Below are positions 1 through 12,141 of a stretch of 64,000 nucleotides of DNA, one piece after another (the stretch's first letter is position 1; each line of letters starts with the position of its first letter). The notes under the pieces are model-generated. The model did no database searches and was not told the origin of the DNA. It saw nothing but the letters and a program-made list of their open reading frames with translations. The position numbers were made by a program, and so were the translations under genes. The stretch lies in NCBI GenBank assembly GCA_965153285.1, contig OZ229112.1, one strand, 5' to 3'. The DNA comes from Podarcis tiliguerta (lineage: Eukaryota).

Positions 1-59
1 GCTGAGACCTTCTGCAGTCTGCATTTGTATTGGAATGGTTTTTAAGATGGTTTTCTATC

Positions 60-250
60 TCCGGACCACTTTCTGGAGAACATAGTGCCACCCAAGAATA
101 GAGGAATTGTCAATGCTTGGTTCAGTGTCTATGTAGTTTGAGACCATTTTTGGGTAGCCATTGTTCTAAGGTAAGCATTTCAGATGCTTTTGGATTCAGC
201 TTGCTGGGCGGTTATATCTAGCACAGTTCTGATATGGCATGTCAGTTTCC
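60..250 (-). mobile_element. Possible decayed Penelope-like element fragment
   Basis: The minus strand contains aacaatggctacccaaaa (NNGYPK), resembling the conserved NGYP motif of PLE ORFs. It is frameshifted. Confidence 0.3.
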
Positions 251-1002
251 TTGACTGGAAGGGTGAGGGGTGGAGATGGGGATGCTCACACTGTCATTGT
301 TTCAAGGTAACGTGACAGTGAAGTGGTCTTTGGGTACTCTTATCCCACAGACACCACAAGGAGAAAGATATTGGCTTCAGTTTTTCAGTCGCTGCAATTT
401 GCATTACTTCTCCGGTTCTTCAATGCAATCTCTGTCTCTGGAAGACTTAATTGAGCTTTCAATGTTTAACTTGCATGAATATCTGAGTAACCTGCTTCTC
501 CTCTCTTTAATAAACAATTTGCCTTTGAAGACAGATGTCTGTGTCAGGTAGCAAATTATTCTGTTTTTTTCATGCTTCTAGGAAATGCAGTCAAAAGAGG
601 GGGAGAGGGAGGGAAGAGAAGAAAAGAAAAGAAAAGAAAAGAGAAAGCTGCTGCACACTTCAGATATATAAACAACAAATATTGGAAATCCAAACCAATT
701 CTTAAAATCTCCTCTTTCCTACATCCCTGGATTATTATTTTTTAAGTTCTTAGATTCATCTTTTTTTGATTAGTGTTGTTGCTAAATCCAACCATTTGAA
801 AATTCTCCACTGATTTCAGAATACTAGTTTGAGCCAAACTCCCATGATATTCAACAAAGAGATAACATAAGGAATTTGTTTATATATTTCTTGTTAACTT
901 GTTATTTCAACTCATGGCAGCACAAAGTTTATTTGGATTCTCCAAAGCCCTATTAAGCATGAAAGCAAATAGAAAGGGGTTAAAACCGTGGCTATTTTAT
1001 GG

Positions 1003-1125
1003 TAAGGTTACCAGATTTTTTTTCAGTGAATCCAGGGACACTTTTCAACTTCAATGGATTTTGTCAGGGGACTGATCTGTAAATCTGGGGACTGTCCCGG
1101 GGAACGGGGATGTCTGGTAACCTTA
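1003..1125. mobile_element. hAT-type MITE with perfect 8-bp TSD
   Basis: TIR taaggttaccaga / tctggtaacctta. TSD ttttatgg at 995-1002 and 1126-1133. Confidence 0.9.
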
Positions 1126-2805
1126 TTTTATGGGGTATTACAAAACTGTTCATTTAACAAAGAAACACACCCAGTATTCACAGTGACACATGGGCAGCTC
1201 CTTCTGCGCTGTGATTCTGTGGCTGCTCCTTCAATGCCCCACCCCCAGAACTGCTGCCACAGAGACAAGGGAGGAACCGTGTCTCAGTGGTAGAGCACAT
1301 ACTTTGCCTGAAGAAAGTTCCACATCCCACTCGCCAACATTCCTCAAGTTATATTTTACCATATAAAAAAATAAAAATATATACCTACATATTTTAGCAC
1401 TGATAGTTCTAGATCACCCTTGGCTAAAAGGCATTCAGTTGGAGAGGGATTTAATGTGAGCAACATGTCCTCTCTTCCACACTTTAGACTGTGAAGTAAC
1501 ATCAGTGCAGCTTTGGGGAAACTCATCTAATCCCTGCTTGGGTCCTTTGTTCCCTTTGGGTTTCTGTTCCCAAATATTACTTTTAACTGCCAACACCTCT
1601 GCAGAACAGGCAAAGACCAGCTTGTTCAGTTTCTTAGCATGTTGCTTCATGTAGAGTTGGTGGCATTTTCAATCACAGTTCGATGAATGGCTTCTCGCCT
1701 TCATGCAGAACAGCTCTGTAGCCATGCCAGTTTTTTCAGACCATTTAAGACAGATTGGGCGGCAGTAGTGGGGATTTATCCCACAAACTCTGGCACAAGT
1801 AATTTCTTTCCAAATGTTTCTTTTGGAAAATATTCCCCGCCCCCTTGGCCTTCCTTTGAGTGGGCTCTGGAATATCTGTAGGTATTTGGATAGTTATTAT
1901 AGAAAATGTGTTTTTAATTTTCTTCTACAATTTGTTTGCCACTCTTGAGAGCTTGTGCATACAAGCAGCATACAAGTTCCACAACAAAAATAAAAATATG
2001 TATACAGTAAAGAAAAGCTGAATATTAAACACGCTTTTTCTCCCTTGGAAGGAAGCACCTAATGCAGTCTGCACAGCTTGCAGCACTTGGAGCTGAATAG
2101 CTGAATGATGCTTAGAGTCTAACTGCGAGCAATGTTAATCTCACAGCCTGCCCTTGAATGCCAGTTTTTTTTCTTGCCATGGTGGGATCCTAATCCAGAT
2201 CAGAAGCCTAGTTAGAGAGGAAGAGAGTTTATCATTTTGCTGCATTGTGGTCCTGATCTAAACTGGTCCTCCCCAGCCCTCATGCTTGAAATGTGTATTG
2301 GGGAGAAAAGCTCCTATTGGAACAAATGGGTTGGAGAAGTAATACTGCCTTAGAAAATAGTTCTGCCAAAGTCCACAAAGTTGACATTGTATTAATTGCA
2401 ACTTTAGAAAACAACATGACCATCAGTGCCTCCTATGTTGAACAAATATTTAGACAAGATAAATGCACACCCTTCCAAGGCAAAACAAACTTACACAACG
2501 TGTTAATGTTAAGATATCTAGTGACAATTGGAGAAGCCAGAAACAAGAAGTGAAAATTGTTTGCAGTTGTACATAGCTTATAGTTAGGATTTGTCAAGAT
2601 GGCCTGGTTCACATGGCATGGTAAACCAAACTATGGCTTAGCAAGACCACGTGAATGTGCAGACTCCTGTAGCAGAGCTCGCAACCACTTGGCTCCTCAT
2701 CCCAGGTCCTTTTTACTGCTGTACCATACTGAGCTAAGCCAAGGTAGCTCAGCCATGAGACACTTAATCTCAAGGTCATGTGTTGAAGCCCAATGTTGGG
2801 CAAAA

Positions 2806-2878
2806 GATTCCTGCATCATAGGGTTGGACCAGATGACTCTCATAGTCCCTTCCAACTCTACAATTCTATGATTCTATA
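2806..2878 (+). mobile_element. CR1 LINE 3' terminal fragment
   Basis: gggttggaccagatgactc...gtcccttccaactctacaattctatgattctat, the CR1 ATTCTRTG tail. A similar remnant is at ~8826-8888. Confidence 0.8.
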
Positions 2879-2978
2879 ATGTTTGTCTTTGGTAAATTCA
2901 ATGCCATATGCACAGAGTCTTTGATGCAACCAAATATGCACTTAGCAGCCTAGGCTTGCCACATGTTGCCTTTTAAAA

Positions 2979-3008
2979 ATAGATAGATAGATAGATAGAT
3001 AGATAGAT

Positions 3009-3039
<31 letters not shown>

Positions 3040-3043
3040 GATA
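2979..3043. repeat. (GATA)n microsatellite, interrupted
   Basis: Direct reading. Confidence 0.97.
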
Positions 3044-4531
3044 GAATAAAACATTTAACCAAAAATCTGTTTAGTGGGGAATGATGGAATTAAGGATTGT
3101 CTCCAAGAAAGCAGTCCTGTTAGCTGCTTCTGCCCGTGCAATGGGACTTCCTCTCCCTCTCACTGTTCTTCCAAAATATGTTCTGGGGTTTCACCCAACC
3201 TCTGGAGCAGATGGGGTGGAGTGCACAGAGGGATGATGAACAGAACATCCCACTGCACAGGCAGAAGTCCTGGCACACAACAAAATTACTTTGTTGAATG
3301 CAACCATAAATACAAGCTTCTGCTCCCCATCTTAGATCAGAAGGATTTTGACTTTCAAAAAATAATTTAAAAAAAAAATGGAGAAGCACAGGTGTTGTAA
3401 CTCTTCATCCAGTTAGGCCTGCGTAAATGGGAGGAGTTCAGGGCCCAGAACCAAATGTGGCCCTCTAAGCCACACCCTCTCTCCCCAGCCCACTTCCCTG
3501 TACTGGTTCTGCTCTGCATTCTCCTTGAGTGCTTTTGCCTGGCTGGAATGTGCTCTTGCACATTCAGTGCTTCTCGCTTGCCTGTATGGTGGATACACTA
3601 TGCCTGAGTGTGTTGAGAAACTAAGCTGCTTCACATTTGTTGCTTTGCCAATGTTTGGCTTCGGTCATACCCGCTACTGGCATGTGGTCCCTGAAGAGTT
3701 GTCCAGAAGGGAAGAAAGCCCCTGAATGGCTCTCCATCCTTGCCAAGCTGAATTAGGATGTGAATTGTTTTTCAGAGGATGCTACCCTTTCTGACTCTAG
3801 CAGTTCCAGAATGTTTTCAAGAGTCCTTCAGAAGCACGTAAAGCCTTTTCCCCCTTTTCCTTCAAAGATAAAATGGAAAATGAAGAGAAATGCCCTTGAC
3901 AAGGCTACAGGCATTTTTATAACAAAGCTTCATAATTAAATATTAGGGCTATAGATGACTGGCAATCACATATTGGACATGTGCCATAGCCTGGTTTAAT
4001 TTAATAAAAGTCTCCTGGCCTGCAGTATTCACAGGTAGATAAGACGATTGCATTAAAATTCACGTAATGTAAATGCAACACAAATTAGAGTTTAGAACCA
4101 AAATATTTCCATAGGTTGTTTCTAGAAGGACTAGTCTTGCAGATCCAAGTCTGGTTGTTTTGGAATTGGGTGGTTTTGTCCATTGGATGAGAGATAACTA
4201 TATCTTGGAGCCCAATGGCTCAAGAACTGAAGAATAATGCCAAGGGCACAATTAACACCTGCAAGAGCAAATGAATGTGCAAAGCTCCTTAAATGGTTTG
4301 ATTGGTGGGACATTTTCTGCCCAGGAACTCATTTGCAGATACACATTTTATCTATCTCACTGCTAACTTTCATATCTTCAAAATTCCAGCTACAGAACAT
4401 TAGAAATCACCACCACCACCACCACCAACAACATCATCTAAATCCTTACAAATTACAAAGTGGACTGGTGAGGAAGAGTAATCTTTCAAAAGAAACAAAA
4501 CAAAACAAATACACCTAAAACTGGTAAGATT

Positions 4532-4791
4532 GAAGAAGGAGGAGGAGGAGGAGGAGGAGTTTGGATTTGATATCCCGCTTTATCACTACCCTAAGGAGTC
4601 TCAAAGCGGCTAACATTCTCCGTTCTCTTCCTCCTCCACAACAAACACTCTGTGAGGTGAGTGGGGCTGAGAGACTTCAAAGAAGTGTGACTGGCCCAAG
4701 GTCACCCAGCAGCTGCAAGTGGAGGACCGGAGACGTGAACCCAGTTCCCCAGACTACGAGACTACCGCTCTTAACCACTACACCACACTGG
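4532..4791 (-). mobile_element. tRNA-derived CORE/MIR-like SINE
   Basis: Minus-strand A box TGGTGTAGTGG and B-box-like GGTTCACGTCT, core-like gtgaccttgggccagtcac, and (CCT)n tail. Confidence 0.8.
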
Positions 4792-6486
4792 TATCACTGA
4801 GCAGGATCTTGCCAAAGCAAAGCAGTTTCATTTCCCATTGAAATGTTGAAATGATCAGGACTGAGAAATGTTTTAGGTGACCCTTGTTTGATGTTGGGTA
4901 TTTATTTAGATACAGGACATTGCAGCCACACTAAACATACACCTCTCCCTCCTCTCTTCTGACTAAATGGCAGGTGCAAGTCTTATGTGTGTTTGGAATA
5001 GATGAGCATTTCCTCATCAAAGTGTGTATGCCCACCCACTCCTCCTATACAGATACTGCAGGTATTTGGGGGGCATCTGCATTAATTGGCGTTTCCACAG
5101 TATACTTCCATCCCACATGTGCCAATATCGATTCAGATTTCATATTAGATCTTATGAACAGAAACTGTTGCAATTTTGAGGGCGTTTCCCTGCTAATCAA
5201 AATGATGGCTGGAAAGGGAAAATCAGCAGCAATTCCATTTCTCACTATTAGTGATTAAAATAAGTTGAAGCAGCAGCAATCTGGTTTTATTGCATGGCAG
5301 CCTGCCATGGTATAGGATTAAAATAGTGTATTGATTTAAACCCATCCACTTTACAGTTCCATATCAGAATCCTCTAAATAAAGAAGAAACAGGCACCTTT
5401 CCCTAGGAAATGCACACTGCATATGAGATCAGTGGGAGAGCAGCTGAAACAAGAAATTATTTAATACCAGCAACTGTCTGGCTGGATGGAGCATGCAGTC
5501 TTCAGTGTATTCCCACTGCAGGTATTCTGACTTTCCCATGTTGTCTCTGCTCTGCAGAAAGCCGTATCACCTGCTAGAAATGTCCTTCAGCAGTTTACAA
5601 CAGGACAGTCCCTGTTTAAGAGAACGAAAGGAGCCACGCTGGACATTAAAAATGTCCCACCAGCGGGGAACATTTCAGTAACTCATGACATGGAGGCACT
5701 CTTACCCTGACCTTACAATTGATATGCTGAAAAGTTTGCTGTGCTGAAAAATTATGCTCCCCCCCCCCTTTAACCACTTTCTATCAACAAATGAGGGAAA
5801 GAAAATTTCAACGGAATTCTCAAAGGTGGGGTGCAGCTGTTTTGTTGTGCAGACTGTGCTTTTTAGATGGCCAAGGGATGTTTGCGAGTGCAAATAATCT
5901 CTTTGGTAGTCTGCAGCCTTCCTGGGTCCCCACTCTTCCTGAAAACCCCCTGGCTTCCTCTGCCGTGCTTTCCTGTACACATGGGAAGGTGGAGAAGATT
6001 CCTACTGCATGCCTGACAGCTGTTCATGGGCAGGGGTGTTTTTATGAGAAGCCCATTTGCTTTTAAATAAATCATTGTGGAATGATTGTTTTTAAAGGTA
6101 AAAGAAACAAACAAAATAAGCAAGTGCACCAATCTAAGGTGTTTAGTAGCCAGGCAGCCATGCCTCCTGTACTTCAATTAAAGCTCATGGGGAGATGTTC
6201 TGAGGTAAAGTCTCCTATGCCTTATTTTTCTACAGTAAATATAGGCAGGTGTGAAACTGGAGAGTGTTTGAGAAGTGTATAATGGAAAGAAGAAACACAT
6301 GCAATCCCCCACCCCCCAAAAAAGCATGTTTACTTCTCATAAAATAGGTAATTTTAAAGAAATTCTAAAGTGCCCAGACAGAAAAATAGGAGTGGGTTTT
6401 TTTTGGAGGGGAAGAGAAATTTTTAGAAACTGGAGTTCAGGTCTCACTCAACAGAGCATTAACACAAGCTAACTCAAACAGATATA

Positions 6487-8264
6487 CCGTATTTTTCGCC
6501 CCATAGGACGCTCCGGCCCATAGGACGCACCATGTTTTTTGGGGGGGAAATAAAGAAAAAAAATTTTATTTCCCCCTCAGGCGCTTGTGGGGCCAGGAGC
6601 GGGGAGAAGCGCTCTTCTCCCCACCGCCTGCATGCAGAACAGGTCCGGGGACAGCGGGGAGACGCGCCGCGCCTCCCAGCTGTCCCCGGAGCTTGCGGGC
6701 AGGCAGCGGGGAGAAGCGCTCTTCTCCCCGCCGCCAGCCTTCACGTCAGGTCCGGGGACAGGGGGAAGACGCGCCGCGCCTCCCCCCTGTCCCCGGAGCT
6801 TGCGGGGCAGGCAGCGGGGAGAAGCGCTCTTCTCCCCGCTGCCAGCCTTCACGTCAGGTCCGGGGACAGGGGGAAGACGCGCCGCGCCTCCCCCCTGTCC
6901 CCGGAGCTTGCGGGCAGGCAGCGGGGAGAAGCGCTCTTCTCCCCACCGCCTGCATGCAGAACAGGTCCGGAGACAGCGGGGAGACGCGCCGCGCCTCCCA
7001 GCTGTCCCCGGAGCTTGCGGGCAGGCAGCGGGGAGAAGCGCTCTTCTCCCCGCCGCCTGCATGCAGAACAGGTCCGGAGACAGCGGGGAGACGCGCCGCG
7101 CCTCCCAGCTGTCCCCGGAGCTTGCAGGCAGGCAGCGGGGAGAAGCGCTCTTCTCCCCACCGCCTGCATGCAGAACAGGTCCGGGGACAGCGGGGAGACG
7201 CGCCGCGCCTCCCAGCTGTCCCCGGAGCTTGCAGGCAGGCAGCGGGGAGAAGCGCTCTTCTCCCCACCGCCTGCATGCAGAACAGGTCCGGGGACAGCGG
7301 GGAGACGCGCCGCGCCTCCCAGCTGTCCCCGGAGCTTGCAGGCAGGCAGCGGGGAGAAGCGCTCTTCTCCCCACCGCCTGCATGCAGAACAGGTCCGGGG
7401 ACAGCGGGGAGACGCGCCGCGCCTCCCAGCTGTCCCCGGAGCTTGCAGGCAGGCAGCGGGGAGAAGCGCTCTTCTCCCCACCGCCTGCATGCAGAACAGG
7501 TCCGGGGACAGCGGGGAGACGCGCCGCGCCTCCCAGCTGTCCCCGGAGCTTGCAGGCAGGCAGCGGGGAGAAGCGCTCTTCTCCCCACCGCCTGCATGCA
7601 GAACAGGTCCGGGGACAGCGGGGAGACGCGCCGCGCCTCCCAGCTGTCCCCGGAGCTTGCAGGCAGGCAGCGGGGAGAAGCGCTCTTCTCCCCACCGCCT
7701 GCATGCAGAACAGGTCCGGGGACAGCGGGGAGACGCGCCGCGCCTCCCAGCTGTCCCCGGAGCTTGCAGGCAGGCAGCGGGGAGAAGCGCTCTTCTCCCC
7801 ACCGCCTGCATGCAGAACAGGTCCGGGGACAGGGGGAAGACGCGCCGCGCCTCCCCCCTGTCCCCGGAGCTTGCGGGCAGGCAGCGGGGAGAAGCGCTCT
7901 TCTCCCCGCCGCCAGCCTTCACGTCAGGTCCGGGGACAGGGGGAAGACGCGCCGCGCCTCCTCGCTGTCCCCGGAGCTCGCGGGGCTGGCGGCGGGGAGA
8001 AGCACGCATCTCCCCGCCGTCAGCCTCTAAACCACATAGGGAGACAGCGGGATGGCGGCGTTCCGCCTCCCTGCTGTCCCCCGACCTTGTGGGGCTGGCG
8101 CTGCGGCTCTCCTGAAGCCTGGAGAGCGAGAGGGGTTGGTGCGCACCGACCCCTCTTGCTCTCCAGGCTTCAGCGAAAGCCTGCATTCGCCCCATAAGAC
8201 GCACACACATTTCCCCTTCATTTTTGGAGGGGAAAAAGTGCGTCTTATAGGGCGAAAAATACGG
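6487..8264. mobile_element. Non-autonomous Tc1/Mariner-superfamily (Tc2-like, CCGTA ends) DNA transposon carrying an internal minisatellite
   Basis: 25-bp TIRs ccgtatttttcgccccataggacgc / gcgtcttatagggcgaaaaatacgg, flanked by TA on both sides. The subterminal motif cata(a/g)gacgc repeats at ~6502, ~6519 and ~8193. Confidence 0.9.
6596..8030. repeat. GC-rich minisatellite, 107-bp unit, ~14 copies (13 intact + 1 degenerate)
   Basis: Example unit 7231-7337: gcaggcaggcagcggggagaagcgctcttctccccaccgcctgcatgcagaacaggtccggggacagcggggagacgcgccgcgcctcccagctgtccccggagctt. Confidence 0.97.
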
Positions 8265-8544
8265 TAAGTAATGGCAGTAATTCTTTCCTTTTTTGTTAAT
8301 TTTTAAATTATTAATTGGCAGTAATTCAAGACAACTGGTTCTCCTAGTACATGTTTCAGAGGATGGCTAAATTAAGAACACAACAACCACAACTACAACA
8401 CCACCACATTGAGTTGAGGCCATACTCGTGTGAGGTTGTTTCTCACTCCTCCTTTCTAGCAATAGCAGCCCCATGTTCTGAAGCTCAGAAACCTTCTGGA
8501 ACAGAACCCCACAAAGCAGCAGATTCATTAGAAGCACCTTCTAG

Positions 8545-8735
8545 TAGGGGTGCCAACTTGAATAAAATATTGTGGGGGCCCAGGTAAGCCCCCGCCCCAC
8601 ATAATCGATCACATGATGCAGTGCACACACACCACTTGAATGGGAATGCCCATCAACTTTGTGGGGGCCTGGTACCTTAATTTTTTTATTGTGGGGGGCC
8701 AAAGCCCCCACAGCCCCTAGGAGTTGGCTCCTATG
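8545..8735. mobile_element. Probable hAT-type MITE
   Basis: Imperfect TIR taggggtgccaact / agttggctccta, with repeated tgtgggggcc subterminal motifs. Confidence 0.55.
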
Positions 8736-9611
8736 TCTTCTACACATGCATAGACACGCCCCTCCAAGCACACAGAAGAACTCACAACAAAAGGGAGGGG
8801 ATTGTATCCAGCCCAAAAGGCCCAATCACTGCAGGGGGTTGAACTAAATGACCCTTGGGGACCCTTACAATTCTACAATATTATGATCATACAGTACATA
8901 GTTTTGTTGCAATACGGTAAGTTTCATACCACACAAACATCTGCAAAGGCCCATACCAACTCTCCAGAGACTTTCATTTCTTTATCATGTTAAGGGTCTC
9001 CACCAAAATTACTGTCCATTTACTTAGAAAAGTATGTACATATGTTGTTGTTTTTTAAACTTGCCTGCTTACTGTTAAAAGAAATAACCATGCCATGTTC
9101 CTCAATGGCATTCCTTTAATTTTAACACAATGAATGAAGCAAGGGAAATGTTCCAGCCATGTGTTAATCAGGTGTTAATGGTTCTTAAGGAAGTGTGAAT
9201 GCCTGCTAAAGAGGCCTTAAAGGCAACTGCATAGGCATCATAAGGCAGATGGAATCAGCAGGAAAAAGTCTTCCTGGCAAAGATTCCTAACATTTTATTT
9301 AATTTTTCCATGGCCCATATAGAAATAATCTTTGTGCATATCCTTCCTCCTGAATTTGCATGCTTGGATTGAATTTGTCAGAGTTTTACAACTGTACCAG
9401 TGGATGTGGCTAGAGCAGGGGTATTTGCACCATCCATGCACCCCCAAGTCTACAACCCATCACACTCTTTCTTTTATTTCATTAGATTATACCCTACCTT
9501 TCTTCTAGATCTGCCATCCAGGCACTGACCTGTCACAGACCTGATTAGCTTCAGCAGGGTGGTGGACTTATGTGCATTCAGACAACACACTGAAACCACT
9601 CACCCACATGC

Positions 9612-9688
9612 AGACACACACAGGCACAGGCAGGCAGGCAGGCAGGCAGGCAGGCGCACGCGCGCACACACACGCACACACACACACG
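9612..9688. repeat. Compound (CA)/(GGCA)n/(CG,CA) microsatellite
   Basis: Direct reading. Confidence 0.85.
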
Positions 9689-12091
9689 TCTGATGGGGAG
9701 AAAAACAGGTGGGAGTGGAGTGGGCTATCATGCAAACAAAGAGATGGTAGATTGTTCCACCCATGCAATGTTCTGCACTTCAGAACACCTGGGAAGAAAA
9801 ATCTCCTCCTTTGCACTCTCCCCATTTTAAAGCACATTTCCTTAGACTGTGGCACTAGTGATCTGTTTCAAAGAGTGTTTCCAATTTTAAATCCAAGTAT
9901 CATAAGCTGCCACCCTCCTTGCACCAGTTTCCATCACCTATTGAATATTTGGCCCCCTCGCACACCCATAAGCCGTAGTGATTTCCTTCCCATCATTGCT
10001 GCATTGGGAGTGGCTTATACAGAATGCTCATATCCCATCAACCATTCATACACAGGCAGCAAAGCTAACCAGTGTGTGTATAGGTGAATCGAGATGGGTG
10101 GGGCTTGGCACCTGTGCTAGGGCCTGCAGGAGACAAATGTGGGTTGCCCAGTGTCAGAGGCAAGGTGGACTATGCAACAGCATCTGGAAGTTATCATGGA
10201 TGACAAGGTTACGAGTCCTGATTGCCACATTCTGCTTGTAGGTTTGGAAGCGGTGTGGCTCTGAATACCATCTGCTGGGGAACAACAGCAGAAGGAGGTT
10301 ATTCCTCTCATGTCTTGCTGGTAAGCTTCCCAGAGGCACCTGTTTTATTGGAGTTGGGTAGAAGAAGCTGGACTACATAGGACTTTGGTCTGATCCAGCA
10401 GGGTTCGTACTTGGTTCTTAGAAGCAGCCATTTCTGATGCAGCCTTGACTGTGTTTCTCTGCATTGCAAAGTGAAATTCAGTGTTCCTCAAAGTCACATT
10501 GCTGTAGAACTCCATGCCAGCTTTCATTTTACCTCCAAATTATAGATAAATGCCTATCGTTGAAAAGTTGTGTAGGAGTAGATATTTGCTTCTCTTTTAG
10601 GATTTTCGGTGCTTATTTGGAGAGATATGGCTGCTTACATATGCATGTATGTATAGGTAAGAGATTCATGCTCAATGAGGAAGCACGATTTGTGCCCCCT
10701 AATAAAGTGCTTGCGATCATTGCACTAAGAGGATATATGTTTCCTGTAAGCTGGCCTTTCACTGAGGATTTACTAAAAAGAGAGAACACATTTAAATATC
10801 CATGACTTCTAATTTAGAACTTTAAATCATGCCCAATTTGGCTGGCGGCTTCTTGTTTAGACTGCAGTCTCCTTGAGGATGGAACAATTTCTCCTTCTCT
10901 GCTAGCTACACAGCCAGTCGTTCCAGCAACATTCAATACATTTGTGTTATTAATCAATGATGCTATAAATTAGGGCGATGCTGTAATAGCAGTTTAATTT
11001 CAGCATTGTCTTCTCCCAGTGGAAAAATGAGATTTCAAATGAAGTCTAGGCCACAGGGCTTCGGAACAATTCTGAGTGGTTTGCTTTGCACATTATCTCA
11101 ACAGTTGTGTCAAGCTGCTAAGCTTACAGACCTCAATATTTAGGCCTGAAGCACACGTCCCAATGAGGGCAGAATTTTCAGTAGGTGCTCAGCTAAATCT
11201 GTCACTGCCTAATAAATGACTCATTTGTTGTTGTTTTTTGTGCCTCTCGTCATTGATTTTAATTCCTCGTCTCTTTAAATATGCCATTATTCACCCCACT
11301 CCACCCACGATTCCTTTCCTCATTAATATGCCCTTCCTGAAGCATGACAAGCATATCATTTCAGGAGATAAATGGTTCCCCATCCTTCAAGGTGTTAACA
11401 CCATGACAGCTTTATGGTAAATCCTTGTTACTAATTATTTTAGAAGTAGGGCTGTGGCAACATCTGGATGAGGCTGCAATTTTGCCTACCTCTCTCCCTT
11501 CTATCTGTAATTAACCTTGCTATTCTTAGCTGCTAAGCACAAATCTTGAGTTGGGGTTCTTGGCTATTTCATTTTGCATCGAGTTGGGTGGCAGCACGTT
11601 TGTTTTCCACCCATACTGTACTCTATTATCTTTGGTTGATATCACTATGTATAGAATGATTTCCCATTCTCTCTCCCCTCCCTGTGCTCTTATGCTGATG
11701 ACACTCTGCTCAGCTAATCAATTGATCCCTGCAACCTGCATTGGCAGAACCATTTCAGCACTGCCTTACAAGTTTCCTTGCTCTGACTCACAAATCACTC
11801 GGATGCCGAAGATAAAACCTTTAATTAAGGAAATTCAAGGTTTTTTTTGCAGATTTGTAGCGAGCTCGCTAGCCCCTAAAGAAAGCCAGAATGTATTCTG
11901 GCAAAGTCAAAATGCTGCACCACACTCTTGGCATGTATCACTGCCTCGTGTCAGTCACTGTGGGAAAATTGGAAAACGAGACACGGCAGACCACAATGTG
12001 GTTTGCCAGTGATGGATCCAGATGAAGAAACAGAAGTTTAAAAAGCAAAAGGAGCTTGCTTTCCATTCTAAGGCTACCCCCTTCCCTGGCC

Positions 12092-12141
<50 letters not shown>
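12092..12141. repeat. (AAT)n microsatellite
   Basis: Direct reading. Confidence 0.97.

Noticed and set aside
6596-8030. CRISPR-like array of palindromic repeats
   Set aside because: The sequence between hairpins is itself repeated (no unique spacers), the context is vertebrate, and there are no cas genes.
6532-8210. Six overlapping ORFs of 247-536 aa on both strands
   Set aside because: Artefact of a GC-rich 107-bp tandem unit. The type A unit has no stop triplet on either strand, all frames give the same periodic peptide, and there is no transposase motif.
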